The notes under the pieces: model-generated
What the model was told of the DNA's origin: nothing
Databases searched by the model: none
What the model saw: the letters and a program-made list of their open reading frames with translations, nothing else
NCBI GenBank assembly: GCA_963811165.1
Contig: CAWEQH010000004.1
Coordinates: 815,070-879,069 of the forward strand
Source: an uncultured Nitrospiraceae bacterium
Lineage (GTDB): Bacteria; Nitrospirota; Thermodesulfovibrionia; Thermodesulfovibrionales; UBA6898
DNA length: 64,000 nucleotides
Reading direction: 5' to 3'
Shown here: positions 34,341 to 45,606 of the stretch, in pieces
Position numbering within the stretch: the stretch's first letter is position 1
How the letters are laid out: each line of letters opens with the position of its first letter
Made by a program: the position numbers and the translations under genes

Positions 34341-36383
34341 TTATTCCCCTCTTACGAGGTGCGAAACGAAGTCTAGATAGTGGTCTCCTGTCTCATGCAC
34401 ATTAAATGACCAGAGCCTGTAAATCTTGTCGTTTCGCAATGCAACCTTTTCGGCATATGACGTGGGGTAAACGAGGATGGGGATCTCATGCTCTGCGTAA
34501 TTCTGAACAACTCTATTGCAGGCTGACTGAAAATAGTCGAGGGGGAGATTGTTACCGTCAAGAATGAAGACCGTGACACAGTTTGTGAGGTTCGACATGT
34601 TCAGGCCGAAATCAGATACGTTCGCTATGAAGACCGCCTTAAGGCTCTTACCCTTCTTCAGTGAGTATAAGTGGCGGTCTCTCTTCATCCCATTTTTTTC
34701 GTATATGCCTTTTATCGGCATATCTAAAGGGGGGGTAGGTTCGAGTTCAAAGGCCGTAGTCATAAGTCCTCCCGATACGTAAGAGTAATAATCCTCCAGC
34801 TCGAACAAGTCAGACGCCGTGGAAGGCTCCAGCGTCATGGAAGCCGGCAGGGAAGGAAGATGCTGGTTTTTCCTAAAGAGGAGGTGCGCAAAGTCGTCAA
34901 GTGAGCAGAGTTTTGGGTTTGCGAGGCGCCTTGCGTAGCCGCCGAAGACGCGGTCCGGGAAATGATTACCAGGCCGGAAATAACAGATGACATATTGCAT
35001 ATGGGACGAATACATGTTATGGACGTCGTTGATGTAACGGCCGACCTGATTGAGAACGACGAGTCCTGCTTTTCTTATGCCGAAGGATGCGTGATGGTGG
35101 ATGAGCCATGTGTTCTCGAAGAAACGTATCATTGCGATGTGACCTTGTATCTGTCCCTTGTCCCGGTACATAAAATGGCGGGCTATGTCGGGGCTGTCGA
35201 GATAGAGTTTCCTGTAAGTCTCCTTTAACGTATCCATGTTCTGATGTATGGAACAGTATTTTTTTGGATAGATGAAACCGGTCTTGAAAAAAAACTTCCA
35301 GAGTTCGTCGACGTCTACCCGGGTGCACACATAGGAGTTCATGTTCGTGACTTGATGCAGGATGCTGGCGACGAGGATCTGGCTTGCGGGGTCCATGTCG
35401 AGAATAGCAATACCGCAATATATGACTGTATTGGAGGAAGCCGGAGAGGATGCATCAGAGACAACGCGTTGGGTTATTACCTGGGCCCTGCAGCTTACCT
35501 TGACCCCGTATGCAAACTCAACGTCCAAATGCGGCAGTATCATGCCGGGAACGAGGGTAGCGGACTCGTAGCACTCAGTGACGGAAAACCCCGCCCCGGA
35601 CATCTCGTCTATCTTAAGCGATACGGTTTTTCCGCTGAACGGGTGCACGAATATGATGTTGGGAGAGGGGTGGAGTCGATGTCTGGGGCTCCTGTGTGTC
35701 TTCGGCTTAAATCGATAAAGATGGTGATTGACAGGCTCAAGGACAAAGGTCCTTTCTTTGATCCCTTCGTTGTGCCGTATTACACGGCACTCTCCTGAGT
35801 ACAGGAGTTCCCCCCCTTTTTTGATGAAGACCGTGATCGCAATTTCTGGCGCGATATATTTGAATGACTGGAAGTTTCCCAAAGACATGCCGGCTGAAAA
35901 AGAGAAGGCGCTGAAGTCATTAAGTCTTCCTTTAAAAAAGAGGCCGTTTTGCACCATTTCGACGTCGATCCCTTGGCAGGGATAACGCTCCGCCTTTCTC
36001 ACCGTGACATCCGCTCCAACGACCTTGCTCATGTCGAAACTTATACTTTTTTCATCTATGTCAACGAGATCGGGCTTCAACGAGAATATGCTCTTGCCTG
36101 CGGCTACAAGAACGCCCTGGAACACATAAGAACTGCTCCTTTCCTTCAGCATCCCCTGGTCCTTCCAGGAGAGATGCAGATAGTCCTCATGACAGGGGAA
36201 TGGGAATGCTTCGACGGTCACGGTAGTATTATATTGCACATGCTTGAATACGGCGTAAACGGCTCTACCCTGGAAATGAAGATAGTTGATCGCGTTGACG
36301 ATGCGGGCCTTGCTCAATTCGGCTTTTCTGGCAACGTGGCAAGACGCGTCCATTTCTGGTTTGGTGTGCAGTCCTTCTTCCAC
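34341..36383 (-). CDS. Multi-PilZ-domain protein with C-terminal GNAT-like region
   Basis: RKAER...DFSAFS and HRSPR...EMSGAG PilZ-like motifs; C-terminal GQIQGHIAMIRFFENTWLIHH strand pattern suggests an acyltransferase fold. Confidence 0.65.
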   Translation of the reverse strand: MEEGLHTKPEMDASCHVARKAELSKARIVNAINYLHFQGRAVYAVFKHVQYNTTVTVEAFPFPCHEDYLHLSWKDQGMLKERSSSYVFQGVLVAAGKSIFSLKPDLVDIDEKSISFDMSKVVGADVTVRKAERYPCQGIDVEMVQNGLFFKGRLNDFSAFSFSAGMSLGNFQSFKYIAPEIAITVFIKKGGELLYSGECRVIRHNEGIKERTFVLEPVNHHLYRFKPKTHRSPRHRLHPSPNIIFVHPFSGKTVSLKIDEMSGAGFSVTECYESATLVPGMILPHLDVEFAYGVKVSCRAQVITQRVVSDASSPASSNTVIYCGIAILDMDPASQILVASILHQVTNMNSYVCTRVDVDELWKFFFKTGFIYPKKYCSIHQNMDTLKETYRKLYLDSPDIARHFMYRDKGQIQGHIAMIRFFENTWLIHHHASFGIRKAGLVVLNQVGRYINDVHNMYSSHMQYVICYFRPGNHFPDRVFGGYARRLANPKLCSLDDFAHLLFRKNQHLPSLPASMTLEPSTASDLFELEDYYSYVSGGLMTTAFELEPTPPLDMPIKGIYEKNGMKRDRHLYSLKKGKSLKAVFIANVSDFGLNMSNLTNCVTVFILDGNNLPLDYFQSACNRVVQNYAEHEIPILVYPTSYAEKVALRNDKIYRLWSFNVHETGDHYLDFVSHLVRGE

Positions 36384-36646
36384 CTTTCCCTTTCAGGCAA
36401 CCATGAGAACAAAATTTACCAATTAAGGTAACCGTACTACAATTATTTAGAAAAATCAAGTGTGAATTAAGCTTGCCCTAAACCTTTTCCTGAAGTCCGG
36501 GCGGGTGAGAGGGATACCAGCGCGTCATAACTCGATGTGCTTTTACCGCTTCACCCCTGCGCAAGGATCATATGTTTCATGGATCTTTTAGGGTATCTTC
36601 CGCGTATTCGCCGATGTTATAAATCACTCTATATTACGAATATGCA

Positions 36647-39136
36647 CTATCTCCGTAACAAAACCAGCTTCTCAAACTCATCACTGGGGAGCGGCTTACC
36701 CAATAGGTATCCCTGCATCTCATCACATCCACTGGAATGCAGAAACGTTAGCTGATCATCAGTTTCAACTCCCTCCGCAACCACTTCCAAATTCATTGTG
36801 TGTGCCACTGCAATCATAGCATTCACTATGGCTTGGTGGGTAAGGTCGGCTTTGAGTTCTTTGATAAAAGACTTGTCAATCTTAAGTTTCTGAACATGTA
36901 ATCTCTTGAGAGAACTTAAGCATGAATACCCTAAGCCGAAGTTATCTACGGAAATTCCAATACCGATATCAGCCAGTCTGGTGAGGTTGGCAATGGTAAA
37001 TTCAATATTTTGCATAACAGCGCTTTCGCTGATATCGAGTTCGAGCAGTTCAGGGGCCAAACCTGTCTCTTCCAATATCCGAGAAATCATTTTCACGAGA
37101 TTCGACTTCTGGAACTGTCGCGTGGAGAGGTTTATCGTCATACGAATAGGCTTGTATCCTGATTCCTGCCACGCCCTGGCTTGGACACAGGCAGTGCGCA
37201 GCACCCACTCATCGATATAAGTAATTACCCCTATCTTTTCGGCTACTGGAAGGAATTTTGACGGACTGAGCAATCCCAGTTCCGGATGTCGCCAGCGCAC
37301 GAGTGCCTCCGCACAGAGTATCTGGCGGGAACCTACGTTTAACTGCGGTTGATAATGAAGAACCAGTTCTCCGCACTCTATCATCCGGCGCAAATCGTTT
37401 TCTAGTAGCATCCTTTCAAGGGTTCTGACATTTACGGCCGAACTGTGGAATTGATAGTTATTCCTGCCCTGTCCCTTTGCATGATACATTGCAATATCGG
37501 CATTTTTGAGCAGTGTTTCGGCGTTTTCGCCGTCATTCGGACAGATACTGATGCCAATACTGGCAGTGACGTAGAGCTCCTGGTTTTCAATCTTGAAGGG
37601 CCCTTTAAAAATTGACATGATTTTTTTTGCAATCGGGACCGCATCATCAGGATAAGAAATATCCGCCAGCAGTATATTGAATTCATCGCCTCCGATACGG
37701 GCAATGGTATCGGTTTCACGCATACATGTTTTCAGTCTGCCTGCAACTTCCTTGAGCAATTTATCGCCTATCGAATGTCCGAGTGTGTCATTAATACTCT
37801 TAAAATTGTCGAGGTCCAAAAACATTACCGCAAGCATCTTGCGATTTCGGCGTGTCTCCGCCAGTTCAAGAGTAAGATGGTCCATAAAGAGCATCCTGTT
37901 TGGCAAATCGGTCAGGGGATCGTGTAATGCCTGAAATCTCATTGCCTCTTCTACTCTTTTCCGCTCCGTAATTTCCTGCAGCACGACATTAATGCCGAGC
38001 AGTCCCTGAGCCTCGTCTCTGACGGGGTAAAAATATGCCAGCCAATCACGCGTGATCCCCGGCTGAGCGTGCGTTGTGCCATGGATCTCCAGTCCTTCCA
38101 CCGGCTCTCCAGTTTCTATTACACTCCGTAAGGACGGCTCGCAGAGGTCTGCGAATGAGGGTGCCGCTTCGCGTACTGAGCGGCCAAGGTGCTCGTCGAC
38201 CGACAAACCACTCATTTCTGCGAATTTCTCGTTGACGCTTACGTATCGGAGGGCGGTATCCATAAAGCACAGACCGGTCGGCGCTGTCGTATAAATGACT
38301 TGCAGCTCTGCCAGACGGGTGCGAGAGAGTTCCTCACTTTTGCGCAATGCTCCCTCTGCTCGTTTACGCTCGGTAATATCGCGAAAGTAGGTTTCCAGAC
38401 GGTCATGACTGGGAAAGGCGTGTGTCTCAAACCATCTATCGGCCGCACTGAAGTAAGCTTCCGTGTGTACGGGTCTCCTCGCCGAAGCTGCCATTTGATA
38501 CTGCTGATAAAACTCGGTACCAACGACCTCGGGGCATTCCTCCCATAAGACCTTTCCGATAAGTTCTTTTGCAGGCCTGCTGAATAACTTCTCGGCCACT
38601 TGGTTGATTTCCAAAAAGCGCCACTGGTAGTCCAGCGCAAAATATGCATCTGTAATGCCGTTTAGTATGTCGCTTAGCCTTTCACTGGTGCTCTGTAAAG
38701 CTCCCTCTGTTCGTTTGAACTCGGCCATATCGTGGGCGATCAGCGAAACTCCGATGATTTCACCGACAGCGTCTTTAATGGGAGACGCGCTGAGAGAAAT
38801 CCTGATTGGCCTGCCGTCTCTTCTCATACCTACTGTTTCATAATGCGTTACACTCTCTCCCCTCGCAGCTTTCGAAAGTATAGGGGGTATCTCATCGCGA
38901 TGGGCAGGAGAGACAAGGAGGGAGATAGGGCGACTGAGTATCTCTTCTGCCGAATAACCATAGATTTTTTCGGCGCCCGGGCTCCAGGTCGTAAGGGTGC
39001 CATCTGCTCTCGCACTGATTATCGCATTATCCAGCGATGTCACAACTGCCTCTAACCAGGCATGTGCTTTCTCCGCCCGCTCGCACCTGAATTTTATTGC
39101 TTCAAGATTCTTGAGTTGTTGTAGCATCTCTTTCAT
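36647..39136 (-). CDS. PAS-PAS-PAS-GGDEF-EAL protein
   Basis: Three PAS/PAC repeats (DITERKR linkers), RETD I-site, GGDEF, EAL, EGVE, QGY; loop 6 reads DNFGLG. Confidence 0.92.
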   Translation of the reverse strand: MKEMLQQLKNLEAIKFRCERAEKAHAWLEAVVTSLDNAIISARADGTLTTWSPGAEKIYGYSAEEILSRPISLLVSPAHRDEIPPILSKAARGESVTHYETVGMRRDGRPIRISLSASPIKDAVGEIIGVSLIAHDMAEFKRTEGALQSTSERLSDILNGITDAYFALDYQWRFLEINQVAEKLFSRPAKELIGKVLWEECPEVVGTEFYQQYQMAASARRPVHTEAYFSAADRWFETHAFPSHDRLETYFRDITERKRAEGALRKSEELSRTRLAELQVIYTTAPTGLCFMDTALRYVSVNEKFAEMSGLSVDEHLGRSVREAAPSFADLCEPSLRSVIETGEPVEGLEIHGTTHAQPGITRDWLAYFYPVRDEAQGLLGINVVLQEITERKRVEEAMRFQALHDPLTDLPNRMLFMDHLTLELAETRRNRKMLAVMFLDLDNFKSINDTLGHSIGDKLLKEVAGRLKTCMRETDTIARIGGDEFNILLADISYPDDAVPIAKKIMSIFKGPFKIENQELYVTASIGISICPNDGENAETLLKNADIAMYHAKGQGRNNYQFHSSAVNVRTLERMLLENDLRRMIECGELVLHYQPQLNVGSRQILCAEALVRWRHPELGLLSPSKFLPVAEKIGVITYIDEWVLRTACVQARAWQESGYKPIRMTINLSTRQFQKSNLVKMISRILEETGLAPELLELDISESAVMQNIEFTIANLTRLADIGIGISVDNFGLGYSCLSSLKRLHVQKLKIDKSFIKELKADLTHQAIVNAMIAVAHTMNLEVVAEGVETDDQLTFLHSSGCDEMQGYLLGKPLPSDEFEKLVLLRR

Positions 39137-39564
39137 TGTTTTTATTATTCTCGCTGTATCATCATTTACTTCGGACGAGAATGATTCTTATTGGAATAAG
39201 CGTAAGCTATTAGACTTTCCCCCATTGTTTACCATTACGCCATATCAATTGTCAATTTAACCAAGATGATTGTTTAAAGCAAGGAGCTTAACAACAGTTT
39301 CTTTACTTCAACAATAGATTCCAATGGATTATCGTTTAGGAATTTCAGCCAAATCTATTTTGTTTGACTGTTTAAATGTGGGGACTGTGGGGAGCGCGTT
39401 TGATAACGTTCTTGGCGGAGAAGAAGCGATCAAAAGGTTACAAAGACCAATTGAAGACGTGGGGAAATGTTTTTTATCAGCATCATGTTAAATGTTCAAC
39501 TGGCAATACGACATTAAATGCAGCACGCTTCGAATAATTGCGGACCTGACCGACAGCGTGATCG

Positions 39565-41111
39565 TTACACTCCTCCACCCAGCACCTTATAAAGTGTCAC
39601 CAAATTGATCAGCCGGGAAAGGCGAACCGTAATCAGCCCCTGCTGCGCACTGTAAAGAGAGCGCTGCGAGTCCAGGACATTCAGGTAGCTTGCTATGCCA
39701 TTTTGGTAGCGGGCCTGCGATAAACGGTAGCTTACGGCGGTGGCATCCGTCAGAGATTGCTGAGCCTCCAGTTGATCGCCAAGGGTGCCACGTTGCGCAA
39801 GGGCATCGGCAACTTCCCTGAAGGCGCTCTGGATCGCCTTCTCATACTGGGCAAGGAAGATTTCACGGTCGACTTCCGTCACTTTCAGATTGGCCCGGTT
39901 TCGCCCTGCATCGAAGATCGGCAGGGTAATTTGCGGTGCAAAGCTCCATGTGCCAGCTCCTCCCTTAAAGAGTCCGGACAGCTGATCGCTTGAGAGACCG
40001 ATGCTCGTCGTGAGGGTGATGCTCGGGAAGAACGCCGCACGTGCCGCGCCGATATTGGCGTTGGCAGCTTTAAGAAGGTGCTCTGACTGCATGATGTCAG
40101 GGCGGCGTTGCAGCACGTCCGACGGCAGACCCGCGCTGAGTTCTTTCAATGCGGTAATCGGACTGAGCCCAGACGGCAGGAGATCAGCTGGCACCGGCGA
40201 GCCGATCACCAGCGCCAGCGCGTTTTCGTCCTGGGCCACCTGGCTTGTGAAGCGGGCAATATCCACCCTGGCCGAATCGACACTGGTCTGGGCCTGACGG
40301 AGATCAAGCTCCGAGGAGGCCCCGGCTTCGAATCGGCGCTTGATAAGGTTGTATGAAGACTTCTGGCTCTCGAACGTGTCTTGAGCAATTTTCAGGTGCT
40401 CTTTATCGGCGGCAAGGGTCAGGTAGTTGCTTGCGACCTCGGCCACCAAGCTTATCTGCATACTGCGGCGTGCCTCCTCAGTCGCGAAAAACTCCTCCAG
40501 CGCCTGGTCTTTAAGGCTCCGCACGCGACCGAAAAGATCGAGCTCGTAGGCGCTGAACCCGAGGCCGACACTGTATTGATGCACTCTCATGGACTGTCCT
40601 GTAGCCGAGAGAGGCTCGCGGGCACCCGCTGTTCGATTCCGCTGCCGGCTGCGTTCACTGTTGGAAAGAGATCGGCGCGCTGGATTTGATACAGCGCCTG
40701 CGACCTTTCGATATTGAGTGCGGCTATTCGCAGGTCGCGGTTATTTTCAAGTGCAAGGGAGATCAGCTTTTGCAGCTGTTTGATCGATAAAGAACTCCTG
40801 CCATTTGATGTCGGCAGCAGCTCTGATCGCCAGGCTTTGCTGCGTCGCCTTGTAAGCGGGCCGCTCGGCCATTCGGACGGAACAGGCGCTGCCGGCCGCG
40901 TATATTTGGGGGCCATGCTCGCGCAGCTGGAGAGGACAAGCAAGGCAATCGCAGCGGCTGCACCACGGAGATGGTTTGTCATTCCGGCTTGCCTGTGCCC
41001 GATGTTTGGGTATCCGGAATCTTTATTCGGAAGAATTCCCGACGCGCTACGCCTGCGGGAAGGACAGCTAATAAAGTATTTCATTGCACTGTTACTCGAT
41101 CGTCTTTTCAT
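39565..41111 (-). pseudogene. OprM/NodT family RND outer-membrane lipoprotein, split by about 3 frameshifts (possibly sequencing errors)
   Basis: LSSC lipobox, [29 protein letters not shown] in different frames; shifts near 40860, 40780, 40600. Confidence 0.8.
40977..41066. repeat. 90-bp palindromic REP/RPE-like element, in frame in the OMF N-terminus
   Basis: Termini TGTCATTCC.../...GGAAGGACA; internal hairpins ATTCCGG..CCGGAAT and TTCCCG..CGGGAA. Confidence 0.7.
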
Positions 41112-41112
41112 A

Positions 41113-44100
41113 TTACTGTTCCTCCGCAGAATTGCCAACAGCAGACGCTGCGTGCGGTTTATATTTTCCCCGGCCAAACAGCCGTGACACCATCACAAAG
41201 AAAAATGGAATAAAGATCAGGTCGATAAAGGTGGCCGACAAGCAGCCCGCCGGTAACGGCGGTGCCGATGGCGTTCTGGGCTCCGGCCCCCGCGCCCCTG
41301 GTAAGGGCCAGCGGCAATGTGCCGAAAAAGAAAGCCAGTGATGTCATGATGACCGGCCGCAGCCGGATCTTCACCGCCGTCAGGGTGGCCTCGACCAGTT
41401 CATGCCCCTGATGCATCTGTGCCTTGATGAATTGAATGATCAGTATGGCGTTCTTGGTGGAAAGTCCAATGGTGGTGAGCAAGCCGATCTGGAGATAGAT
41501 ATCGTCGGGCAACACCCGAAGCGTCACCGCCGTCACCGCGCCCACCAGACCCAGCGGCAGCATCAGCAGGTTGACAAAGGGGATGGTCCAGCTCTCATAC
41601 AGTGCAGCCACGGCGAGAAACACCACCAACAGCGAAATGGCGTAGAGGGCCGGGGCCTGGGCTCCGGCATGTTTCTCCTCGTAGGAGAGGCCGGTCCACT
41701 CGTAGCCGATCCCCAGCCGGCAGCTGGGCCGCCATCTTCTCCATCTCGGCCATCGCCTCGCCGGTGCTGACCCCCGGCGCCGCCTGTCCCTGGATTTCCA
41801 CGGAAGGAATGCCGTTGTAACGTTCGAGGCGGGGTGAAGCGTACTGCCAGCGGGCGGTGGAAAAGGCCGAAAACGGCACCATATCACCGCTGCTGTTGCG
41901 GACGTACCAGTTGTTGATATCCTCCGGCACCATCCGGTATCTGGCATCGGCCTGGAGATAGACCTTTTTGACCCGGCCGTTCTGGATGAAGTCGTTGACG
42001 TAGGAGCCACCCCAGGCGGTGGCCAGCACGCTGTTGACATCAGCCACGGATACCCCCATGGCGCCGGCCCTCACGTCGTCTATGTCGAGCTTGAACTGGG
42101 GGGTGTCGTCCTGGCCGTTGGGTCGCACGGCAATCAGTTTTGGGTTTTTCATGGCCATGCCCAGGAGCTGGTTGCGCGCCTCCATCAACTTTGTCGTGGC
42201 CCAGACCGTTGCGGTCCTGCAGTTCCATGTCGAAGCCGTTGGCAAAACCCAGCTCGATCACCGCCGGCGGTGCGAAGGCGAAGGCCATCCCGTCCCGGAA
42301 CTTCGAGAAGGCCTGCATGGCCCGGGCGGCAATGGCCGGGGCTTTCAAGTCCGGCGTCTTTGCGCAGCTTCCAGTCCTTGAATTTCACAAAGGCCAGACC
42401 CATGTTCTGGCCGCGGCCGGCAAAGCTGAACCCGGTCACGGTGATTACCCCCTCCACCGTTTTCTTCTCATCTTCCATAAAATGTTTTTCCAGCTGCCTG
42501 ATGACCTTGATAGTCCTTTCCGTCGTGGCCCCGGGCGGCAGCTGGACCTGGCAGATGATGAACCCCTGGTCCTCATCCGGGAGGAAGGCGGTGGGGAGCC
42601 GCAGGAACAAGAATACCATCGCGCAAACCAGGGCGACGTATACCACCAGAAAGCGCATCGGTCGGCCGAAGGAGCTACCGACAATGCCTTCATACTTGCT
42701 CCTAAAGAAATCGAACAACTTGTTAAACCGTCTGAAGAACCAGGTGAACCAGCCTGACTTACCTGTATGATCGCCCTTTGCCACCGGCTTAAGCAGGGTG
42801 GCGCAGAGGGCCGGAGTCAGGATCATGGCTACCAGCACGGAAAGGATCATGGCGGCGATAATGGTGACCGAGAACTGCCGGTAGATGACCCCGGTGGAAC
42901 CGCTGAAGAAGGCCATTGGCAAAAAGACCGCTGTCAAGACGGTGGCGATGCCCCAGAGGGCGCTGGTAATCTGCCCCATGGACTTGAGGGTGGCGTCATG
43001 GGGCGATAGCCCCTCCTCGGACATGATTCGTTCCACGTTCTCGACGACGACTATGGCATCATCCACCAGGAGACCAATGACAATCACCAGGGCGAACATG
43101 GTCAGAGTGTTGATGGAGAAACCGGTGGCCGACAGAACCCCCATGGTCCCCAGCAAAACCACCGGCACCGCGATGGTGGGAATCAGGGTCGCCCGGAATT
43201 TCTGGAGGAAAAGGAACATGATGATGAAGACCAGGCAGACTGCCTCCACCAGGGTCTGGACCACCTCCTCGATGGAGATCTTTACGAAGGGGGTGGTGTC
43301 GTAAGGGTAGACCACCTCCATGCCGGCGGGGAAGTATTTTCCCAACTCCGCCATCTTGGCCTTGATCCGGTTGCCGGTTTCGAGGGCGTTGGCGCCGGCG
43401 GCCAGCCGGATGGCCATGCCGCCCATCGGTTTGCCCTGGTAGAAGGACTGGATGTCATAGTTCTCGGTGCCGATTTTGGTTTCGGCGACATCCTTGAGCT
43501 TCACCGTCGAACCGTCGGGGTTGGTACGAAGGATGATGTTGTCGAACTGTTCCGGGGTCTGCAGCAGGGTGCGGGCGGTGATGGTGGCGTTTAGTTGCTG
43601 CCCCTGAACGGCCGGGGTGGCGCCGAACTGACCGGCCGAGACCTGGGCGTTCTGGGCCTGGATCGCATTGACCACGTCTGTGGAGGTCAACCGGTAGTTG
43701 TTTAGCTTGGCGGAGTCCAGCCAGATCCGCATGGCGTTCTGGGTGCCGAACAATTGCAGTTCTCCCACCCCTTCCAACCGGCTGATGATGTCCTGAATGT
43801 TGGAGACCATGTAGTCGGTCAGTGCGTTGCGGTCCATGGACCCGTCCTGCGACACCAGGCCGACGATCAGGAGGAAGTTGCGGGTGGATTTGACCACCTG
43901 GATGCCCTGCCGCTGCACCACCTGGGGCAGAAGCGGGATAGCCAGCTGTAGCTTGTTCTGCACCTGGACCTGGGCGATGTTCGGGTCTGTCCCTGCCAGG
44001 AAGGTCAGACTGATGGAAACCGCCCCAGCCGAGTCGCTGGTGGAGGACATGTATATCAGGTTGTCGATGCCGTTGAGCTTTTGCTCAATGACCTGGGTGA

Positions 44101-44281
44101 CCGTGTCTTGCACTGTCTGGGCCGAGGCGCCGGGATAAACTGCGTTGATGCTGATCTGCGGCGGCGCGATGGGCGGATACTGCGAGACCGGCAGGGTCTT
44201 GATGGCCAGAAGCCCCCCCAGCATGACCAAGATGGCGATAACCCAGGCGAAAATAGGACGATTGATGAAAAAACGGGGCAT
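41113..44281 (-). pseudogene. acrB: AcrB/MexB family RND permease, split by about 4 frameshifts (possibly sequencing errors)
   Basis: [54 protein letters not shown]; shifts near 42350, 42195, 41715, 41240. Confidence 0.88.
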
Positions 44282-44293
44282 AGCGGATCTCCT

Positions 44294-45514
44294 TTATTTT
44301 TTGGCTGCAGCCGGTTCTGGAGTACCGGCGGGAGGCATTGCCGGTGCGCTGTTAAAGGGAACAGCCTTGACTGGATTTCCCGGTCGAGCCTTCTGCAGTC
44401 CCTCCAGAATGACACGGTCTCCCGCTTTTAAGCCGTCGCTAACCAGCCAGTTCTCACCAACCGTCCTGACAACCGTGATTGGGCGGACCTCTACCTTCTC
44501 CCCGGCTCCAATCACTAGGACCACGGCGTCACCTTTAGGATTACGGGTCACGCCGCGCTGCGGGATAAGGATGGCGTTGTCGTTTACCCCCTCTTCCACA
44601 ATCGCACGCACAAACATGCCCGGAAGCAGGGTCTGCTTCGGGTTTGGGAAGATCGCCCGCAGGGTAATTGAGCCGGTGCTCTGGTCGACGGTAACTTCTG
44701 AAAATTTCAGGGTGCCAGACAATGGATAGGCGCTGCCGTCTTCAAGCTGCAGCCTTACCCTTGACTGGCCAGCCGCATTGTTTTTCATCAGGCCGCTGGC
44801 CAGGTTTTGCTTCAGGCGCAGCAATTCCGCGCTGGACTGGGTGACATCCACATACATGGAACCAAGTTGCTGGATAGTGGCAAGTGCTGCCTGCTGGCTG
44901 GCGGTCACCAGGGCGCCGTCGGTTACGGTCGAACGGCCGATCCGGCCGGAGATGGGAGCGGTTACCTTGGTATAGGCCAGATTGATTCGGGCAGTCTCGA
45001 GTGCTGCCTTGCCGAGTTCGACGTCCGCCTCAGCCTGCTTGGAGGCCGCACTTGCATCGTCGTAATCCTGCTGGCTGACCGCATTAATTTTTATAAGTTC
45101 CTTATACCGCTCGGCCTTGAGTCTGGCTGGAATAATATTGGCTTCAGTCCTGGCAAGTGAAGCCTTTGCACTGTGGTAAGCTGCCTGATAGGAAGCAGGG
45201 TCAATCTGGTAAAGCGCATCTCCCGCCTTCACATCCGTACCTTCAACAAACAGGCGTTTCTGGATGATGCCGCCTACCTGCGGACGCACCTCGGCAATGA
45301 GGGAGGCAGAGGTCCGGCCCGAAAGCTCCGTAGTAAGCGCCACGCGTTGCGGCTGCACCACAACAACGCCCACTTCCAGTGGCGTACCCGGTGCCGTCGG
45401 GACTGCGCCCTGTTTTCCGCAGCCAGCCATAACAAGGTATCCGCCAAGCATTCCAATGAGAGTAATTATCCCTGCACTTCTCTTGATTAGTATAGGCAGC
45501 TCTGCGAACGTCAT
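44294..45514 (-). CDS. acrA: RND periplasmic adaptor lipoprotein
   Basis: MAGC lipobox, AEVRPQVGGII, APISGRIG, VDQSTG, LLPGMFV. Confidence 0.92.
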   Translation of the reverse strand: MTFAELPILIKRSAGIITLIGMLGGYLVMAGCGKQGAVPTAPGTPLEVGVVVVQPQRVALTTELSGRTSASLIAEVRPQVGGIIQKRLFVEGTDVKAGDALYQIDPASYQAAYHSAKASLARTEANIIPARLKAERYKELIKINAVSQQDYDDASAASKQAEADVELGKAALETARINLAYTKVTAPISGRIGRSTVTDGALVTASQQAALATIQQLGSMYVDVTQSSAELLRLKQNLASGLMKNNAAGQSRVRLQLEDGSAYPLSGTLKFSEVTVDQSTGSITLRAIFPNPKQTLLPGMFVRAIVEEGVNDNAILIPQRGVTRNPKGDAVVLVIGAGEKVEVRPITVVRTVGENWLVSDGLKAGDRVILEGLQKARPGNPVKAVPFNSAPAMPPAGTPEPAAAKK

Positions 45515-45606
45515 GTCAGTTTCCTCCTGTTTCCGTAAAACATCTATTTATAACTTATAACCATATCAATCTTGTGGGTCATTTTACTTAATTACTGGAA
45601 CGAATT

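Noticed and set aside
41113..44281. Programmed frameshifting or phase variation in acrB
   Set aside because: Several independent shifts at short runs with no slippery heptamer or long repeat tract; errors or decay explain it more simply
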